Assembly: GCA_045863335.1 (NCBI GenBank)
Contig: BTVY01000029.1
Coordinates: forward strand, 1 to 30,986
Length of the DNA: 30,986 bases
From: Candidatus Hydrogenedentota bacterium
GTDB lineage: Bacteria > Hydrogenedentota > Hydrogenedentia > Hydrogenedentales > SLHB01
Reading direction: 5' to 3'
In this document: positions 26,404-30,986 of the stretch, one piece after another
Position numbering within the stretch: the stretch's first letter is position 1
Layout: each line of letters begins with the position of its first letter
Notes under the pieces: generated by a model
The model's database searches: none
What the model was told of the DNA's origin: nothing
What the model saw: the letters and a program-made list of their open reading frames with translations, nothing else
Program-made: the position numbers and the translations under genes

Positions 26404-26856
26404 TCAGCCTTGTACGTTAATGATGCCTGCTCCGTGCTGGTTGTGCTGCGCTTTCACAGCGATGGGCGCCTCCTCGCGGGTCAACTTGTCGAAGGCTTCG
26501 TGCCAGGTGTCGCGCATGCCCGTGAGATGCTCGATAGCTTCTTCCAGGGGCGCGACCTCTTTTCGGATGTTGGCCTTGATTAGCAAGTGCTGGAAGTATT
26601 CATAGACCCGGTCCAGGTTCTTGGCGAGATCCCCGCCGACCTTCATGTTCAATGCGCCGCGTAACTCGGCAATGATGTCCTGCGCCCGCAGCAGATTGTT
26701 GTGGACGCCCTCCGTCTTGCCGCGCGCCAATTGCCGCTTCGCTTCTTCCGCGCGCTGAATAGCGCCGTTGAACAACATCACAATCAACTTGCCTTGTGAA
26801 GCCGTTTCGACGTTGACTTTCCGGTATGCGCCATAGTCTGCGGCAGTGTTCGCCAT
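26404..26856 (-). CDS. fliS: Flagellin export chaperone FliS
   Basis: AYRKVNVETASQGKLIVMLFNGAI, AQDIIAELRGALN, NLDRVYEY, RDTWHEA. Confidence 0.95.
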   Translation of the reverse strand: MANTAADYGAYRKVNVETASQGKLIVMLFNGAIQRAEEAKRQLARGKTEGVHNNLLRAQDIIAELRGALNMKVGGDLAKNLDRVYEYFQHLLIKANIRKEVAPLEEAIEHLTGMRDTWHEAFDKLTREEAPIAVKAQHNQHGAGIINVQG

Positions 26857-26880
26857 ATGCTGCTTCCCCTCTCGCCTTGC

Positions 26881-28602
26881 TTAGAAGATACTCAACCCAC
26901 CGCCGATGGCGGACAACGCTGCGCCTTGAGACTGATAGGTGGCAGACAACTGTTCCAGTTTCGAGAACTGCAACCGCAGCCGCTGTTCCTTCTGGGCCAC
27001 CCGGTCTTCAAGCCGGTCTATCTGGTCATTCAAACTCCGAATTTGCTGGTCGAAAATGCCATTGCTGCGGACACGTTCGTTCAGGAATCCCTGCGTACTG
27101 GTTGCTTCGTCGAGATATTCAAAGAAGCGATCCGCGATTCCAGTCTTTCCTGAATTCGAGAACAGGTCCTCCACATTGCCGCGATTGGTTCGCAACGCCT
27201 CACGGAACGCGTCTTCGTCGATCTGAAGCTCCGAGAGGCTGCTCGAATCGAAACTGTCGCCCGTGCTGATACCGACCTGCGTTAAGGTCTTGAACGTGCC
27301 GCTGATGCCCGGCACGGTGCTGAAGACGTTGCCGCGCAGAAAGTCTTCGATGAAGCGGATGGAGCTATCGTTCTCCAGCAACCCGCCTTGGCCGACGATC
27401 TCGCGTATGGCCGCGACGGAGGCGTTGAACTCGTCCACAAACTCCTGCACGTCTTCGAGAATCGCATCGTCGTCTACGGAGACCGTCACCGTGCTCGTTC
27501 CCACGCTTTGCAGGTTCAGCGTCACGCCGCCGATGGCGTCGGCCACTTCGTTCGTGTTGCGCGTCAAGGTGGCGCCGCCGTTGATCGAAAACTGTGAATC
27601 ATTGCCCGCCGTCTGCGTCGCCGTGGCCAGGTTCGTCACATTCAGGAAATTGCTGGTGTCGGATGTGAAGTTGATCGTGCGACTACCCAGCGTCTTCGAT
27701 ACCACCCGAATCGTGTCTGTGGAGGCGTCGTAACTGGCCGTCACCCCCGCGTCGCTGTCGTTGATCCGGCCGAGAACGTCCGATAAGGAATCAACGCTGG
27801 CATCAACGTTGATGGAAATCCCATTCACCCGAAAGCTGCCCGACGCAATCGCGCCGCCGGCGAGGTTCACCGTGTTTAGCACGTCCGTCGGATTGATCGC
27901 GCCCAGATTCCGCGTGCTCGTTACTTCCGTCGAACCGCCCGTCCCGGTTGTCTGCGTCGCCTGATCTACTCGAATCACTTCGAGGAAATTGCTGTCGTCG
28001 TCGGTGGCCCCGAAGTTGATCACGCTCGTATCACTCGCCGCGGTATTGGCAATCGTCACGCGATCGGTTGCCGCATTGTACGTCGCGGTTACACCGGCCG
28101 CGCTGGAGTTGATGGCGTTGAGGATCGAGTCCAGGCTGTCTGTAGTGGGATCGACGTTGAACTGTACGCCGTTGATGCTGAAGGTTCCCGCCTCGATTTC
28201 GGTCGTTATACCGCTGTTTTCCAGCGTGGCATTCGGATCGATGGGACTACCCAGCGAAGCGCTGCTCGTCGCCACCGTCGCGCTCGCGAGTTGAATCACG
28301 TTCACGCTGTACGACCCGGAGACGGGAGAAGACCCGGAAATCTCGGCCGTGAGCACCGACTCCTCGCTGGAAGTCGCCGCGAATTGGCTGAAGACGTTGT
28401 TGAAGCGAAAGTCCTGCGCGCGGTTGCGCAGGTCCGTGAGCGTGGTGCGCAATTCGCGCACAGCCGTCTGGCGCTGCGTGAGAATGGAGATACGGTCCTG
28501 GAGCCGCAGGATGGGTTGCCGCTCCAACTGGATAAGCTGGCGGATGATGCTATTGCTGTCGAGGCCGGTAATCAGGCCCCCAACGCTGAAGCCACCGCTC
28601 AT
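26881..28602 (-). CDS. fliD: Flagellar filament cap protein FliD
   Basis: GLITGLDSNSIIRQLIQLER N-terminus, VIQLASA, IGGVTLNL, C-terminal LRLQFSKLEQL; adjacent to fliS. Confidence 0.93.
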   Translation of the reverse strand: MSGGFSVGGLITGLDSNSIIRQLIQLERQPILRLQDRISILTQRQTAVRELRTTLTDLRNRAQDFRFNNVFSQFAATSSEESVLTAEISGSSPVSGSYSVNVIQLASATVATSSASLGSPIDPNATLENSGITTEIEAGTFSINGVQFNVDPTTDSLDSILNAINSSAAGVTATYNAATDRVTIANTAASDTSVINFGATDDDSNFLEVIRVDQATQTTGTGGSTEVTSTRNLGAINPTDVLNTVNLAGGAIASGSFRVNGISINVDASVDSLSDVLGRINDSDAGVTASYDASTDTIRVVSKTLGSRTINFTSDTSNFLNVTNLATATQTAGNDSQFSINGGATLTRNTNEVADAIGGVTLNLQSVGTSTVTVSVDDDAILEDVQEFVDEFNASVAAIREIVGQGGLLENDSSIRFIEDFLRGNVFSTVPGISGTFKTLTQVGISTGDSFDSSSLSELQIDEDAFREALRTNRGNVEDLFSNSGKTGIADRFFEYLDEATSTQGFLNERVRSNGIFDQQIRSLNDQIDRLEDRVAQKEQRLRLQFSKLEQLSATYQSQGAALSAIGGGLSIF

Positions 28603-28718
28603 CGCATCACTCCCAAACCGAATCGTCCGCTACCGGCGATCCGCCTCTTGCGCCATCCATCCGTGGAGTTCAACGCGTTACCTGCCGTCCCGTCCAGGGA
28701 CACTACCCGTCTTGAGGT

Positions 28719-28746
28719 TTATCGGCACGGGCTACCGAAAGCTTTA
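28719..28746 (-). promoter_or_regulatory. Sigma28 (FliA/SigD) promoter for fliD-fliS
   Basis: The - strand reads TAAA-N16-GCCGATAA, with both boxes matching the sigma28 consensus (spacer 1 bp longer than the canonical 15), 116 bp upstream of fliD. Confidence 0.8.
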
Positions 28747-29056
28747 GCGTCAACCCGGATCCGGTATCGCGCGGTCCTAAAGGTATTAGTGCAAGCCACT
28801 TAAGGTTGATGATCGGATTAACCAAGGCATCTATTTTGTTGCCAAAATAGCGTCTGAAATACGAATTATGAAATAGTTGAAAGTGAATTTATTGAAATTT
28901 AGTTCCAATTTGCGGGACAGAATCTCTGGAAGCGACTTCCGCTTAGCGAGCACTTCCCGCCGTCCGATTTTCCATTATACCCTATGTCGCTGGTCCTGGT
29001 TTGATCGCGTTGCCCAATCCCGCTACGCTGCCGTCCGCAAACGGGGAGCTGTCACC

Positions 29057-30520
29057 ATGAACGAACTTTCGCGACGAGAATTCATCCAACGCGGCACCGC
29101 GGGAGTCGTTGCTGCGAGTGCGGTAGCGGCAGGTTCGAGTGCCCAAGCGCCGGAACGCCGTAACTTCGTGCTCCTCATGTCCGACGAACACAATCCCTTC
29201 GTCTCGTCGGTCCACGGGCACCCCATGGTCCAGACCCCGAATCTGGACCGGCTCGCCGCCCGTGGAACCGTGTACGAAAACATGTACTGTCCGTCGCCTC
29301 TGTGTTTGCCCTGCCGCAGCTCTTTCATGTCGGGGCGGCCGGTCCACGAGATCCAGTGCTACAACAACTGCAACGCGATTCCCTTCGAGTACCCGTCCTA
29401 CGGGCAGGTGCTTCGTGAACAGGGCGTACATACCGCTCACATTGGCAAGGTCGACGTCTATCGGCCCGCCACGGAACTGGGTTTTTCCGAGATGCTCCTG
29501 CCCGGCGACCGGCAACCGCCAGGGGACGAGAACGTCGCGCGCGACCCGCTTGCCATCCGCGCGGACGGGGCGTCCCGTGCGGGCGGATACGGTCCGCGCG
29601 ACCGAAACCCCTTCGGAGGGGACGATCGCGTCGTAGAGCGCGCCCTGGAGTGGCTGGCGACGGTGCCAGCGACACTCGACCAGCCCTGGGTGCTGGTGGT
29701 GCAAGTGGTCAAACCCCATTTCCCACACACGGTAACCCAGGAACTGTGGGACCTGTACCCGGAAGGCGAAGACTTGCCGGAGTACGGCCGGGAAGCCGAA
29801 TCCGCGAACCATCCCTACGCCCAGGACCTGCGGGCCCATTTCCAGACCGACCAGTTTTCCGAGAAGGACACCCGAGGGCTGCGCCGCGGATACCTTGGCT
29901 GCGTGACCTACGTGGACCGCCAGTTGGGCCGGATCATGGACGCCCTGGACGCCCATGGCCTCTCGGAGTCCACCACGCTCGCCTACACCTCCGACCACGG
30001 CGAGATGCTGGGCAAGTTCGGCTTGTGGTGGAAATGCAGCCTCTACGAGGATTCCGCCCGAGTTCCCCTTATTGTGTCTGGCCCGGGCGTTGCCGCAGGC
30101 CGGCGCGTGACGACCCCGGTCGATCTCCACGATGTGCGCGCGGAGATGTTCGCGGCGACGGGCGCGACGCAACCCTCCGGCTGGTCCGGCACGGCGCTGC
30201 GTGAACTCGCGCCGAGCGACCGCGATCGGGTGGTCTTTTCCGAGTACCACGGACACGGGACGCGCTCCGGGGCCTACCTGGTCCGGAAAGGCGACTGGAA
30301 GCTCATCTACTGCATGGCGGCCCCACACCAGCTTTTCAATCTCGCGGAGGACCCTGGCGAGTTGACCAACCTAGCGGAGGCCCATCCCGGGAAACTGAAA
30401 GAACTCGAATCGGAACTGCGCGCGATTTGTTCGCCCGAAGCCGAGAACTATCGGGCGACCGCGTTTATCCAGCGCCAGCTTGACGCCATCGCGGCCGCCC
30501 GGAAACCGGCTGCTACTTGA
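29057..30520 (+). CDS. Tat-exported Cys-type sulfatase (choline-sulfatase-like)
   Basis: GGGGAG RBS, twin-arginine signal SRREF, MSDEH, TPNLDRLA, formylglycine motif CLPCR, GKVD, PHFP, TSDHGEMLG. Confidence 0.9.
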   Translation: MNELSRREFIQRGTAGVVAASAVAAGSSAQAPERRNFVLLMSDEHNPFVSSVHGHPMVQTPNLDRLAARGTVYENMYCPSPLCLPCRSSFMSGRPVHEIQCYNNCNAIPFEYPSYGQVLREQGVHTAHIGKVDVYRPATELGFSEMLLPGDRQPPGDENVARDPLAIRADGASRAGGYGPRDRNPFGGDDRVVERALEWLATVPATLDQPWVLVVQVVKPHFPHTVTQELWDLYPEGEDLPEYGREAESANHPYAQDLRAHFQTDQFSEKDTRGLRRGYLGCVTYVDRQLGRIMDALDAHGLSESTTLAYTSDHGEMLGKFGLWWKCSLYEDSARVPLIVSGPGVAAGRRVTTPVDLHDVRAEMFAATGATQPSGWSGTALRELAPSDRDRVVFSEYHGHGTRSGAYLVRKGDWKLIYCMAAPHQLFNLAEDPGELTNLAEAHPGKLKELESELRAICSPEAENYRATAFIQRQLDAIAAARKPAAT

Positions 30521-30842
30521 TGCTGAACTGCTTCACGATGGTCCCCAGTTCGTCCGTCTTCTTGGGGTGCGTGTTGATGATCGTCACCTTGCCGTCCGGC
30601 CCCACGGCCAGCGCGTAGGCCATCCAGGAGTACCCCGCGCCGGAGTCCATGATCGGCACGACGGTATACGCGCCGCCCGAGCCATAGGATCCCTGGGCCT
30701 GCAACGCCGATCCCACGGTCGCGACCGTGGCAGGTGCGCTGGTCTGTGCTTTGGCCACCGGAACGGACTGGGACACGAGGGCGCCAATCAGCGCGGAAAC
30801 GACACAAAGACCGAAGACAAGTATCACGCGAGGCTGCATCAT
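30513..30842 (-). CDS. Small secreted or membrane-anchored hypothetical protein
   Basis: AGGAG RBS, N-terminal hydrophobic signal ending AKA-Q, 109 aa, 8-bp convergent overlap with the sulfatase. Confidence 0.6.
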   Translation of the reverse strand: MMQPRVILVFGLCVVSALIGALVSQSVPVAKAQTSAPATVATVGSALQAQGSYGSGGAYTVVPIMDSGAGYSWMAYALAVGPDGKVTIINTHPKKTDELGTIVKQFSIK

Positions 30843-30986
30843 GATGGGTTCTCCTGTGTATCGGTTAAAAGCCCTTGACTGGTCCACAATGTAGCAGAAT
30901 GACTGAGTTGTGGTGGGGGGGTGACAACAGCGCCGCCGGGGGGACAGAACCACAAAAAGAAATAAGAACAAAAAACAAAGGGTGAA

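Noticed and set aside
21539-28602. GT-C cluster as a flagellin glycosylation locus
   Set aside because: Only proximity supports it. The units are convergent and separated by hemH and a terminator, and flagellin glycosylation is normally cytoplasmic, whereas GT-C enzymes act outside the membrane.
28877-30328. Extended sulfatase N-terminus from 28877 and antisense ORF 28982-30328
   Set aside because: The RBS and Tat motif place the start at 29057; the antisense ORF is a shadow frame.

Overview
GC-rich bacterial chromosomal segment, possibly a whole contig. The first 54 bp look like the terminal repeat of an IS1202/IS481-type insertion sequence. Next come a near-consensus sigma70 promoter and an unannotated, highly structured ~128-nt RNA (109-236) upstream of a divergent YchF-like ATPase. 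The + strand then carries an ICMT/PEMT-family methyltransferase, a lipoprotein with a prenyltransferase/squalene-cyclase-like barrel, and a large secreted GH129/GH101-like glycosidase. These are followed by a complete Thermus-order V/A-type ATP synthase operon (G-I-K-E-C-F-A-B-D), a PTS EIIA, NupC and ThiD. A NarL-type regulator and GAF-PAS-PAS kinase pair lies on the - strand. After it is a + strand cluster of three SAM methyltransferases, a GT-C glycosyltransferase, an SDR and a Cys-insert ferrochelatase. The window ends with a sigma28-driven fliD-fliS operon, a Tat-exported sulfatase and a small secreted protein. All calls come from motif recognition by eye; no database searches were run. 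The best novelty candidates are the structured RNA and its noncanonical YchF partner, the ICMT plus terpene-cyclase-fold pair, and the GT-C/methyltransferase cluster.
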